The notes beneath the pieces were generated by a model. It was not told the origin of the DNA. It was given only the letters and a program-made list of their open reading frames with translations, and did no database searches. 64,000 bases of DNA, taken from Obrimoposthia wandeli. Taxonomy: Eukaryota. The position numbers and the translations under genes were made by a program. This document shows positions 10,940 to 20,793 of the stretch, one piece after another (positions within the stretch are counted from its first letter, which is position 1; every line of letters begins with the position of its first letter). The stretch covers positions 682,001 through 746,000 of the forward strand of contig CDROCS010001089.1 in the NCBI GenBank assembly GCA_977020255.1, read 5' to 3'.

Positions 10940-11148
10940 GGCTGCGTTGCAATATCCAAATGAACTGAATTGATTCATAGAAGCTTCTTTTTTTATTAAA
11001 AACCGAGCAAGCAATGCGCAATTGTACGAGTTTCTCCTGCGATTCCTTGCTCGTTATGCCAAAAATTAAACTGACCTTTTTTGAACATATGCACCACATC
11101 GAAACCTTTAATCGTAGCATCAGCTGTTTTCATCGATTGAAACTCTCG
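10940..11148 (-). pseudogene. IS6-family transposase C-terminal remnant with one terminal IR
   Basis: 11148-10996 translates REFQSMKTADATIKGFDVVHMFKKGQF..., matching the IS6/IS26 C-terminus pattern FKSMKTAYATIKG; GGCTGCGTTGCAA IR-like end at 10940. Confidence 0.8.
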
Positions 11149-11191
11149 CAAGGGATAAGTGAGCCGATATCATTATCCCAATCCCAAATGC

Positions 11192-12361
11192 TTAAACCCG
11201 TTGTACTAATAACGCAATACCTTGACCCCCTCCAATGCAGGCGGCGGCTATTCCGTAGTTAGCTTTTTTCTCAATTAAGATGCGACTCAGCGTTCCTGCC
11301 AAGCGAATACCACTGGCACCTAAGGGATGTCCAAGGGCGAGAGCACCACCATGTATATTGACTTTTTCTTCATCTATACGCAGTTGTTGTATCGCGTATA
11401 AAGGCACTATGCTGAATGCTTCGTTAATTTCCCAATAATCGATATCATCGACGCTTAAGCCACTGATGTCGAGTAGCCGTTGCACTGCGGGCACGACAGC
11501 GCTGCCCATTATTTCAGGGCGCACACCGCGATCAACACAGGCGAGAATGCGGGTCATTGGCTGTGCGTTGTGTTCCAGCAGTGCCGATTCAGACATCATG
11601 GCGACTAATGCTGCACCCGAGGTAAGTGGCGAGCTATTGCCCGCTGTGATGTTACCGTTTTCACTAAACACGGGCCGTAATTGCGCAAGTTGCTCTAATT
11701 GAGTGTCACTGCGAATATTGGCATCTTTATCGAACAGTTGCGCTGCAATACTCACCGCTTGTATCTCTTGATCGAAGAAACCCTTTGCTCGCGCTTGTGT
11801 CGCACGTTGATGAGAGCGTAGTGCAAATTGATCTAGCGCTGTGCGTGAGATAGCAGATTCTTGTAATAGTGCCTCGGCGGTTAGCCCCATATTCATTGCT
11901 AATTGCATGTCATAGTGAGCGGCGCAATCGGGTGCTACTGTTAATGTTCCCTCGTTGAATAAGCTTGCCCCCATGGGAATACGCGTCATATTTTCATAGC
12001 CCCCCGCCAAGGCTATCTCAGCGGTGCCGCTGGCAATATGTAAGCTGGCACTGCGTATGGCAGCCAAACCCGATCCACACTGTTGATCGATACTGCGGCT
12101 GGCACATTGATCGCCGAGCTTACTTTGAAAAACTGGGTAGCGTCCACCAAAGCTCCACTGGTCTTTGACAGGCAGTGCGCAGCCGATAGTTAAATCGTCG
12201 ATCGCTTGTGGGCTCAGTTGACTATCATCTAAATAACCGTCAATTAACTGGCTCAGTAGACTATCTGAGCGCAGGGTTGCCAATGCATCTACTGCACTTT
12301 TTTTACTGTGAGCGCGGCTGAATGCACTGCGCTTGAAGTAGCTTAAAAAGACCGGTTTCAT
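11192..12361 (-). CDS. Acetyl-CoA C-acyltransferase (thiolase)
   Basis: QQCGSG, NEAF, GHPLGASG, CIGGGQG; ATG overlaps the upstream TGA (ATGA at 12358-12361). Confidence 0.95.
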   Translation of the reverse strand: MKPVFLSYFKRSAFSRAHSKKSAVDALATLRSDSLLSQLIDGYLDDSQLSPQAIDDLTIGCALPVKDQWSFGGRYPVFQSKLGDQCASRSIDQQCGSGLAAIRSASLHIASGTAEIALAGGYENMTRIPMGASLFNEGTLTVAPDCAAHYDMQLAMNMGLTAEALLQESAISRTALDQFALRSHQRATQARAKGFFDQEIQAVSIAAQLFDKDANIRSDTQLEQLAQLRPVFSENGNITAGNSSPLTSGAALVAMMSESALLEHNAQPMTRILACVDRGVRPEIMGSAVVPAVQRLLDISGLSVDDIDYWEINEAFSIVPLYAIQQLRIDEEKVNIHGGALALGHPLGASGIRLAGTLSRILIEKKANYGIAAACIGGGQGIALLVQRV

Positions 12362-13656
12362 GTGTTCTCCAACTGGCACCAACGACTGATAAATAGTGCA
12401 TAAGTTTTTAAGGTATGGCGGATAGATTCAATTTCAACACACTCATCGACACCGTGGATATTCTTAGCTATTGGCCCGTAGCAAGTGCCCGCTGTGCGGC
12501 TGTAAAAATGAAAAGCCCGCAAGTCAGTGGTACAGGTGGATAAGTACTGCTCTGGTTCACTATCGTTGAGGGTGCGGTGACAATCACTGAGTAATTTAAT
12601 ACCTGGATGTTGTAAATCAACTAAGTGGCCTTCTGAGCGAAAGCCGTGAAAACGCACTACAGGTTTGCTTTGACTGAAAGCAGCATCTTTTGCCGCTGCC
12701 TCGGCGATACAGTCACTGACTTTTTGCATGATTTCGCTGGCAGACATGCCGACAGGAAAACCAATGCGCCCTTCAATTTCTGCGTGAGAAGGTACGCTCG
12801 AAGCCCAGTTTCCCCCTGCAATTTTTCCTATATTAAGATTAAAAGGGCTAGTGAAAGTATCATAAGGTGGCTGCCGATAACTCTCGTTAAGCTGTGCTTC
12901 TAATGATTTCAGCCAGGGGATTAAGCGTTGGATTTTTTCGATAGCGTTTACCCCTGACGCAGTATCTAGCACATGCACAGGTTTTCCTCGCACGGTCACT
13001 TTAAACCAGAGCACGCCAACTTGACCGCTGTATATCTGCGGGCCAAATGGCTCGGGAATAAGTACGAAATCACCGCCAAATCCTTGTTGCAAGCAAGCCA
13101 GTGCACCGTTGCCAGAACATTCCTCTTCGACCACCGTTTGAATATTCAGTGGGCTGGTAATTTTTATACCTAAACGCTGTATCGCATGTACGGCAAATAT
13201 CATGGCTGCCACCCCTGATTGCATATCGCCGGCTCCACGACCATAGAGCCATCCCCCTTTGCGCCAAGGCTGATTGGGCGCGCGGCTCCACATATCACTC
13301 GGATCAGCACTGACAACATCTAAATGGCCATTGAGTACTAAGCTTTTGCCTTTTCCCTGTGGGTTGAGTTGTGACACTAAATTGTATTTGTGTTCATGAT
13401 CCCAGGGAACAGGGGCGTAGAGTGGATGTTGACATAGTATGTGTTGTTGCATTGCCACGCGTTGGGTAGGTAAATTGAGCGCTTTTAATTGCCGTTCAAC
13501 AGTATTCAGCACTCCCTGTTCAGCATTTAAGATTGCATACTCTTGCACCATGTCTTGGGTGAAGCTTAAGCAATCTTCAAATATCGCATCGCAACTATGA
13601 TCAATTTTTTGTTCCAAATTAGAGAGCCGCTTATGTGGGGAATTGTTTAAGGACAT
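12358..13656 (-). CDS. ArgE/DapE-family (M20) deacylase
   Basis: LNGHLDVV, GRGAGDMQSG, VVEEE, IPEP, IHGVDE. Confidence 0.92.
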   Translation of the reverse strand: MSLNNSPHKRLSNLEQKIDHSCDAIFEDCLSFTQDMVQEYAILNAEQGVLNTVERQLKALNLPTQRVAMQQHILCQHPLYAPVPWDHEHKYNLVSQLNPQGKGKSLVLNGHLDVVSADPSDMWSRAPNQPWRKGGWLYGRGAGDMQSGVAAMIFAVHAIQRLGIKITSPLNIQTVVEEECSGNGALACLQQGFGGDFVLIPEPFGPQIYSGQVGVLWFKVTVRGKPVHVLDTASGVNAIEKIQRLIPWLKSLEAQLNESYRQPPYDTFTSPFNLNIGKIAGGNWASSVPSHAEIEGRIGFPVGMSASEIMQKVSDCIAEAAAKDAAFSQSKPVVRFHGFRSEGHLVDLQHPGIKLLSDCHRTLNDSEPEQYLSTCTTDLRAFHFYSRTAGTCYGPIAKNIHGVDECVEIESIRHTLKTYALFISRWCQLENT

Positions 13657-14300
13657 AAAACTTTTACCTCTTTGCCAATAATCAATTTGGCGGCTGTGAT
13701 GACCTGTAACTGTGCAATGCTAATCTCGGGGATCTTTTCCCGTAGCAACAAACCAGCAGGAGTGACATCTATTACTGCTTTTTCGGTAATAATGCGCGAC
13801 ACACACGCGCTTGCGGTGAGGGGCAGTGTGCAGCGCTTTAAAATTTTTGGGCGACCGTGCTTATCGCAATGTGTGGTCAGCACTATCACTTTTGGAGTCT
13901 TTTGCGCTAGCTCCATGGCACCACCGATGCCCGGTGAGAACTTGCCAGGGATTTTCCAGTTAGCGAGATTGCCTTCTTGATCTACCTCGAAAGCGCCTAT
14001 CATGGTCAAATCTAATTTGCCGCGGCGAATTAGTGCAAAAGAGACTGAGCTATCAAAAAAACTGGCACCCGCCTGCGTGGAAATATAGTTACCGGCAGAG
14101 TCTATTAAATAAGGATCTATTTCGTCTATTGGGGGTTGATCAGCCACGCCTAACACACCGTTTTCAGAGTGGATAAGTACCTTGGTATCGGCCGTTAAAA
14201 AATTGACAACTTGGCTGGGCAAGCCGATACCTAAATTTACCACATCGCCACAGTGCAGCTCTTGTGCGGCGCGAGCAAGTATACGATTAGTGTCTGACAT
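13647..14300 (-). CDS. 3-oxoacid CoA-transferase subunit B
   Basis: VNLGIGLP, SENG (catalytic Glu), GGAMEL. Confidence 0.95.
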   Translation of the reverse strand: MSDTNRILARAAQELHCGDVVNLGIGLPSQVVNFLTADTKVLIHSENGVLGVADQPPIDEIDPYLIDSAGNYISTQAGASFFDSSVSFALIRRGKLDLTMIGAFEVDQEGNLANWKIPGKFSPGIGGAMELAQKTPKVIVLTTHCDKHGRPKILKRCTLPLTASACVSRIITEKAVIDVTPAGLLLREKIPEISIAQLQVITAAKLIIGKEVKVLCP

Positions 14301-14982
14301 GATGTGCTAGTACTCCATATTCTTCGGTGAGTTGCGCCAGTTCAACCAGCGTATCGACAAACGCGCAAACTGTGTGCACTTGCTCAGGGGCGATGCCACC
14401 GGGTGGACAGATGTCAGCAGATTCAGCGATGACTGATGCAGCAGCCATTGCCATCAGTGGGTTAAAATTTAAGCCCGCACCGCGATAAACTAAATTGCCA
14501 AAATGATCAGCACGCGAGGCGTGAACTAAGGCAAAATCAGCACTGAGCGCGTTTTCAACTTTGTAGCGCTGCCCCTGCCATATAATGCAGTCCTCGGGCT
14601 GGGTGATTTCAGACTCCAAACCTATGTCGCTGAGAAAACCGTAACTACCCGCGCCCGCGGTGCGGATTTTTTCTGCGAGTATGCCTTGCGGGTGAAACTC
14701 AACAATTAAACAGCCCTCGTTCATTTGTTTGACAACTTCGCGATTTAGGCCGATGTGGGTGGTAACTAGTTTGCTAACTTGGCCGTTTTCTATGAGTTTA
14801 CTAATACCAATGCCAACTTCATTGGCGTCATTTTTTATTAGCGTTAAGTTTTGTTGTCCCTGACGACACAGCTCATTAATTAAACTGAAAGGAGTGCCTG
14901 GGCAACCGAAGCCGCCTACCATAATGCTGGCACCGCTGGGAATTTGGCTAATCGCCTGCTCTATTGTCTGTTGTTTATTCAT
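14287..14982 (-). CDS. 3-oxoacid CoA-transferase subunit A
   Basis: IMVGGFG, PQGILAEKIRTAGAG, ADHFGNL, NFNPLMA. Confidence 0.95.
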   Translation of the reverse strand: MNKQQTIEQAISQIPSGASIMVGGFGCPGTPFSLINELCRQGQQNLTLIKNDANEVGIGISKLIENGQVSKLVTTHIGLNREVVKQMNEGCLIVEFHPQGILAEKIRTAGAGSYGFLSDIGLESEITQPEDCIIWQGQRYKVENALSADFALVHASRADHFGNLVYRGAGLNFNPLMAMAAASVIAESADICPPGGIAPEQVHTVCAFVDTLVELAQLTEEYGVLAHHVRH

Positions 14983-15190
14983 AGTGAGTATTTATAGCGC
15001 TCAGGTAAATTTGACGGATATCCAGCACATACATGCTGTGTTGCGATCTGCTAGTTGTGGTAATGGGGCTCTATCAAGCATGCGTTCTCATGTGCTAAAT
15101 TTTGCAGTACTTATTGGGGCGATTAGGGTAAAGAGCAATGCTTTTTTCTTATGCACAGCAATACGTAGTACAGGGACAAGCGAATTTAAG

Positions 15191-16531
15191 TTAAAGCAAT
15201 AATTGCTCTAATTGATGAATTGATTTATCTAACATAGCGATGAGCTGATCTATCTCGTCTCGAGTGATTGTCAGTGGTGGAGTGATAAGGATGTGATCAC
15301 CTAAGACGCCATCCAGACAACGCCTTGGATACACTAAAAGTCCATTTTCTTTAGCGATAGCAGTAATCTTGGCGAAGACATTCAGTTGCGCAGGCCAAGG
15401 TGCTTTTGTTGCAAAATCACTGACAAACTCCAATCCTTGCAGTAGCCCTATGCCTCTAACTTGCCCAATAATGGCATGACGTGCGGCTAAAGATGTTAAT
15501 TGTTGGCGTAAATATGCGCCTTGTTGCGCGGCCTTTTCTACTATATTTTCACTGTGCATTGCTTTGAGCACAGCGACACCGGTAGCGCATGCCAATGGAT
15601 TTCCGGCGTAAGTATGACCGTGCTGAAAGCCACCACTTTGCATGACTACATCGACAATCTCCGCTTTGGCGAGCATCGCGGCCACGGGATAGTATCCAGC
15701 ACCTAAACCTTTGGCCATCGCCACAATATCGGGCTGCACGTTGTAGTGTTGGTAAGCGAGCCATTGACCAGTGCGGCCGACACCACTGAGCACTTCATCC
15801 ATGATCAGTAGGCATCCATGGCGTTGGCACAATTGTTTAACGCCATCGTAATAAGTTTGATTGAGCATACGTGCGCCAGTGCTAGCACCGCCGACTGGCT
15901 CAAGTACAAAAGCGATAATGCTGTTGCTTGGCGCCTCTTCCATTAGTTGAGCGGTACGCGCTAGAATGTCACTGACATGCTCATCTATACTATCTTGTTG
16001 GTAGCGATAAAAATCAGGCGAAGGTACTTTGATTGCCTTTTGCGTAATATCCTTAAAAGGCGCTTCTAAAGGGGTATAGCTGGTTAAACTTAGAGCACCT
16101 AAAGTACTACCATGATAAGAGGGAGCAAGAGAGACAAAGTGCTGACGCTGTGTTTCCCCTTTAGCATAATAGTACTGGCGCGCTAATTTCATGGCACTTT
16201 CAATCGCTTCAGAGCCACTGCCGACAAAAAATACTTTATCTAATAAACCACGGTTAATGTCGACCAACATTTGTGCTAAATCAATGGCAGCTTGGCTTTC
16301 GAATTGGGTGCGGTAGCTAAAGGCCACCGCGTCTAATTGCTGGTGCATGGCTTTTTTGATAGCAGGGTGATTATGACCCATATTGCAAGTGATAGCCCCT
16401 GAACAACCATCGAGGTATTGCTTGCCATCTGTGTCCCAAATAAACACTCCTTGAGCATGACTGACCAAAGGTAACTGAGTATCGGTTTGATAAAAGAGTG
16501 GATTTTTGGCTGTCATGACTAAATTACTCAC
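15191..16531 (-). CDS. Class III PLP-dependent aminotransferase
   Basis: SGSEAIE, SYHGST, EPVGG, DEVLSG, MAKGL (PLP Lys), HGHTY. Confidence 0.93.
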   Translation of the reverse strand: MSNLVMTAKNPLFYQTDTQLPLVSHAQGVFIWDTDGKQYLDGCSGAITCNMGHNHPAIKKAMHQQLDAVAFSYRTQFESQAAIDLAQMLVDINRGLLDKVFFVGSGSEAIESAMKLARQYYYAKGETQRQHFVSLAPSYHGSTLGALSLTSYTPLEAPFKDITQKAIKVPSPDFYRYQQDSIDEHVSDILARTAQLMEEAPSNSIIAFVLEPVGGASTGARMLNQTYYDGVKQLCQRHGCLLIMDEVLSGVGRTGQWLAYQHYNVQPDIVAMAKGLGAGYYPVAAMLAKAEIVDVVMQSGGFQHGHTYAGNPLACATGVAVLKAMHSENIVEKAAQQGAYLRQQLTSLAARHAIIGQVRGIGLLQGLEFVSDFATKAPWPAQLNVFAKITAIAKENGLLVYPRRCLDGVLGDHILITPPLTITRDEIDQLIAMLDKSIHQLEQLLL

Positions 16532-16667
16532 TGAGTTTTTTTTAATTTCAATGAGTATAGAACAGGATGATAATATTTAAAATTATAATGTTTTTTCATT
16601 AAATGATGACTTATAGTCATGATGTTTTTAGGATACTATTTTCAAAACCAGTTAAGAAATACACTTT

Positions 16668-16806
16668 GAGACCTTTGCACAATTACTGCACTCAGTGATA
16701 CGGCGTTAAAAACAAGCTCAAAATCCTCATTTATAGGCATAAACTCCGGTTTTTCGCTTGTTTTTGCCTTGTTTCACTGTCGTTCGCTACTTTGTGCAAA
16801 GGTCTC
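16668..16806. mobile_element. 139-bp MITE, copy 1
   Basis: 15-bp terminal IR GAGACCTTTGCACAA/TTGTGCAAAGGTCTC; flanked by 5-bp direct repeat ACTTT; near-identical copy at 59874-60012. Confidence 0.88.
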
Positions 16807-16863
16807 ACTTTGGGTGTAGAGAAACTTATTACAGTACTTTTTTGAAATTAAAGGGAAGTGTAA

Positions 16864-17766
16864 ATGGCGCAAATAAATTTAAACTCATTAAAGCCGCTGG
16901 TGGTGTTTAAGACTTTATATGAAACGGGCACAGCGACAAGAACAGCAAAAGACTTAGGTATTACCCAATCTGGGGTGAGCCGCTCGTTGGCGCAGCTTGA
17001 GGAAAACATAGGGATGCCGTTGTTTTTACGCCATAAAAAACGCTTAGTGCCTATTCCTGAAGCTGATGAACTATACAGCGAAATTTTACGTTTGTTAGGT
17101 AACTTAGAGGAAATGAAACACAGTATTGTGGCACTCAAAGAATTTGGTGCCTCGCGCATGCGCCTTGCTTCAGCCCCTGGATTAGGTTTTGATTACGTAC
17201 CGCAAATAATTGCTGAAATATTGCGCATTAATGATAAATATAATATTTACTTCGATATCATGCCCAGTTCAGATGTAGTGCGCAGTGTTGAGTCAGACCA
17301 TTTTGATGCTGGTTTTGTGACGCTGCCAGTGAGCTGTCAAACACTGATAGTAGAGAAGCTCTTTGAAGTAGAAGCAGTGTGCATTATGCCCGCTAATCAT
17401 CCCCTAGCTGAAAAAGAGCTGATTGAAATCAGTGATTTAGAAAATCAATATTTAGTGATACCCAATCAGCCAAATTTAGCCGCAGATCAATTACTGCTAC
17501 AAATTTCACAGTATAATGTGCGCATTGCCGGCAAGACTGAGGCCAATATAGCCGCCATATGTTCGCTAGTTTCTTGTGGGGTGGGCATTAGCTTAATAAA
17601 CCCTATTACAGCAGGTGACATTGCCGGGCGAAAAAATATTGTTATTCGCCCGTTCAAGCCCGCATTTAACTATAGTTTTGGTTTGGTTTACAAGCGAAAG
17701 TGGGCGGGTAACCAACTGATAAAATTGCTAAAAAGCAACTTACCTAAGTTGCCGAACGCACTGTAG
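16864..17766 (+). CDS. LysR-family regulator divergent from the aminotransferase operon
   Basis: GTATRTAKDLGITQSGVSRSLAQLEENIG HTH. Confidence 0.93.
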   Translation: MAQINLNSLKPLVVFKTLYETGTATRTAKDLGITQSGVSRSLAQLEENIGMPLFLRHKKRLVPIPEADELYSEILRLLGNLEEMKHSIVALKEFGASRMRLASAPGLGFDYVPQIIAEILRINDKYNIYFDIMPSSDVVRSVESDHFDAGFVTLPVSCQTLIVEKLFEVEAVCIMPANHPLAEKELIEISDLENQYLVIPNQPNLAADQLLLQISQYNVRIAGKTEANIAAICSLVSCGVGISLINPITAGDIAGRKNIVIRPFKPAFNYSFGLVYKRKWAGNQLIKLLKSNLPKLPNAL

Positions 17767-17877
17767 ATCAGTGTTAAAAGTGGCACGGGCCGCAAAGTTA
17801 TAAAAAAGTTTTTATGCATAGTATAACTTGCAGGTTCCGTAATATTACAGGTCATTAGTCCGGTTTAATTACAGTGT

Positions 17878-18435
17878 TTAACTACAGCGCTTAATAATAG
17901 CCAGCAATTGTGCAGTAGCATCTGCAATGCTGTGATTATTTTCAATGACAGTGTACTGGCCGGCCTGGTCGTCAGCAAAGCTGGCACGCAATTGACTGTG
18001 ACGTTGTATACGTGATGAAATTTCACTAAGACTTTCACGGCCGCGTTTAACAAGTCGCTCTTCTAGTTTATCTGCCGCTACGTCAACCAAAACAGGCTCA
18101 ATCATGCTTGGATACAGTGCCATAGCGGTTGGCAAATATGTTCTTGAGCCGTTGACGAGTACATTTTGTTGGCACTTTAGCCACAAATCGATTTCCCGGC
18201 CAATCGCATATTGATGTTGATTAGCTGACCAAGCCATGGCAAATAAACCTAGTGTTTTGCGTTGTTCAAATACTGTTTGGCTGAGGGCGATATGGTTCTC
18301 ACCGCCAGATTGCCAGTGGCGAGTAATGTAGCGATGAGCTACTTGTAAATTGTCGAGCTGCTGTTCACGTACTGCATCGATAATAGTATCTTTTCCGCTA
18401 CCTGATGGGCCCATCACGTATATAATTTTTGCCAT
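17878..18435 (-). CDS. phnN: Ribose 1,5-bisphosphokinase
   Basis: IIYVMGPSGSGKD P-loop, AHRYITR, GGENH, NGSR, RLVKRGRE; start moved to ATG 18435. Confidence 0.88.
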   Translation of the reverse strand: MAKIIYVMGPSGSGKDTIIDAVREQQLDNLQVAHRYITRHWQSGGENHIALSQTVFEQRKTLGLFAMAWSANQHQYAIGREIDLWLKCQQNVLVNGSRTYLPTAMALYPSMIEPVLVDVAADKLEERLVKRGRESLSEISSRIQRHSQLRASFADDQAGQYTVIENNHSIADATAQLLAIIKRCS

Positions 18436-18832
18436 GATTCGATTACTTAATCCGTTGATTGACATCAGAAATAAAATTTTTTCACTGTCTTTCGAGTAAA
18501 TACTCAGTTTGCGAAGCAACTTAAAGCAACTGCGACTTTACTGCTAGTGGCAAAATAATACCCAAACTTTGCTGTAGAAACTACACAATTGTTGGGTATG
18601 TAAATAGACGAGCCCGCATCAGTAGTCGTTCGGATAGTAACAGGCTTAAACAGCACAGCTAAAAAAGCAGCTCGATAGCATTAGTAAAGCAGGTAATAAT
18701 TTAAATAACGAATAAGTATATGACTAAATTTCATATTGAAATCAAAAATAATCAGTATCAAGCGCTTAAAAATAGCAGTAGTCTACAGTGATAAAAATAG
18801 TACTTATTTACCAAAACATAAGGGGACACATT

Positions 18833-20110
18833 ATGAAGCTGGAATCACTGGCACTACATCACGGCTATGAATCAGAAGCGACCACAAAAGCGGCCGCCGT
18901 ACCTATTTACCAAACAACTTCTTATACCTTTGACAGCACCCAACACGGCGCTGACTTATTTGATTTAAAAGTACCAGGTAATATTTATACCCGCATCATG
19001 AATCCTACCACTGATGTACTTGAAAAACGTGTCGCTGCAATGGAAGGCGGTATCGCAGGCTTAGCCGTTGCCTCCGGTATGGCGGCCATTACCTATGCTA
19101 TTCAGTGTTTGTGTGAAGTGGGTGATAATATTGTAAGTACTAGCCAATTATACGGCGGCACTTATAACTTATTTGCACATACACTGCCTAAGCAAGGTGT
19201 TGAAGCAAGGTTAATTCCCGCAGATGATTTCGCTGCTTTTGAAGCCGCAATCGATAGCAAAACCAAAGCAGTTTTTTGCGAATCTATTGGCAATCCAATG
19301 GGTAATATTGTCGATATTGTGAAGCTTGCAGAAATTGCGCACAAGCAAGGTGTGCCGTTGATTGTGGATAACACGGTTGCTACCCCTTATTTATGTCGCC
19401 CTTTTGAATTAGGCGCAGATATTGTTATACATTCACTGACTAAATACATTGGTGGGCACGGTACCTCTATTGGCGGTATTATTATTGATTCAGGTAATTT
19501 TGATTGGGCAGCTAACGCTGAACGATTCCCAGTAATGAATACACCAGACCCTTCTTATCACGGTGTGGTTTATACGGAAGCTTTCGGCCCCGCTGCTTTT
19601 ATTGGGCGTTGTAGAGTAGTGCCGCTGCGCAATATGGGTGCCGCTATTTCACCGACTAATTCATTTAATATCATGCAAGGATTGGAAACATTAGGTTTAA
19701 GAATGGAGCGCCATTGTGAAAATGCAGAAAAGCTAGCTGCCTACTTACAAAGCCATCCTAAAGTAAATTGGGTCAATTACTCAGCACTTGCCGATAGCCC
19801 GTACCTTGAAAACTGTAAGAAAATTACCGGTGGTAAAGCATCAGGTATATTAAGTTTCGGGGTTAAAGGTGGCTTGGCTGCGGGTGGGCAATTTATTGAT
19901 GCGCTGCAAATGATTTTACGCTTAGTTAACATCGGCGATGCAAAATCATTAGCCTGTCATCCTGCTACCACCACACACCGCCAGTTAAATCCTGAAGAGC
20001 TAGCTAAAGCAGGTGTAAGTGAAGATCTAATTCGTATCTCGGTAGGTATTGAAAACATCGATGATATTATTGAAGATGTATCGCAAGCGCTAGACAGCGT
20101 TAGTGTATAA
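18833..20110 (+). CDS. metY: O-acetylhomoserine sulfhydrylase
   Basis: PIYQTTSY, GNIYTRIMNPT, HSLTKY, LVNIGDAKSL, IRISVGIE; ATG 18833 after AGGGGA. Confidence 0.93.
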   Translation: MKLESLALHHGYESEATTKAAAVPIYQTTSYTFDSTQHGADLFDLKVPGNIYTRIMNPTTDVLEKRVAAMEGGIAGLAVASGMAAITYAIQCLCEVGDNIVSTSQLYGGTYNLFAHTLPKQGVEARLIPADDFAAFEAAIDSKTKAVFCESIGNPMGNIVDIVKLAEIAHKQGVPLIVDNTVATPYLCRPFELGADIVIHSLTKYIGGHGTSIGGIIIDSGNFDWAANAERFPVMNTPDPSYHGVVYTEAFGPAAFIGRCRVVPLRNMGAAISPTNSFNIMQGLETLGLRMERHCENAEKLAAYLQSHPKVNWVNYSALADSPYLENCKKITGGKASGILSFGVKGGLAAGGQFIDALQMILRLVNIGDAKSLACHPATTTHRQLNPEELAKAGVSEDLIRISVGIENIDDIIEDVSQALDSVSV

Positions 20111-20155
20111 GACGCCGTCAGCATATAGAGCGCCGTCAGTATATAAGCCGAGATT

Positions 20156-20752
20156 ATGTCTCTAATCACACTGCCAATAATTGATGGGGAGCTCGGGTTA
20201 GATGAGCAGTTCCTCAGCCTTGCGCAAGCAGATCAGCTGCAAGCGCAATTATTGGCAGAGCTACCTTGGCAGCATGATGAACTGACTGTTTACGGTAAGT
20301 CACATTTAATGCCAAGGCAGCATTGCTATCAATCAGAGCAAGATTTGGCTTATCACTATTCAGGTTTAACGTTAAGCGCGCAAGCTTATCATCCCAAAGT
20401 TTTACAGCTTAAGCGCTATTTAGAAGCGAGCACTGGCCTTACTTTTAACGCAGTGCTGATCAACCTTTATCGTGACGGCTTAGATAAAATGGGTTGGCAC
20501 AGCGATGATGAAATAGAATTAGGAAAATCACCCAATATAGCCTCTATCAGCTTAGGTGCACTGCGTTGTTTTAAATTACGCCACAAAGCAAAAGCAGCGA
20601 CTGATATCAGCCTTGAATTACCACACGGCTCGCTATTGCTGATGAGCGGAGAATTACAGAACCATTGGCAGCACTCATTACCGGTGCGAAAGAAAATAAC
20701 CCAGCCTAGAATTAATTTAACGTTTCGTTATCTCTATCCGAATCTTAGCTGA
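20156..20752 (+). CDS. AlkB-family Fe(II)/2OG dioxygenase
   Basis: NLYRDG, WHSDDE (HxD), WQHS, RINLTFR. Confidence 0.92.
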   Translation: MSLITLPIIDGELGLDEQFLSLAQADQLQAQLLAELPWQHDELTVYGKSHLMPRQHCYQSEQDLAYHYSGLTLSAQAYHPKVLQLKRYLEASTGLTFNAVLINLYRDGLDKMGWHSDDEIELGKSPNIASISLGALRCFKLRHKAKAATDISLELPHGSLLLMSGELQNHWQHSLPVRKKITQPRINLTFRYLYPNLS

Positions 20753-20793
20753 GTATTTTGTATTGATTGGTTATGTAATGATTGATGCCAATA

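Noticed and set aside
17774-17790. TGGCACGGGCCGC as a sigma54 promoter
   Set aside because: GG-to-GC spacing is 8, not 10.
17853-17870. CATTAGTCCGGTTTAA resembling the IS4-type MITE end
   Set aside because: Two bases missing from the IR, with no MITE body, partner end or TSD.
18520-18832. SAM riboswitch or Met-box array upstream of metY
   Set aside because: No recognisable riboswitch core or tandem AGACGTCT boxes.
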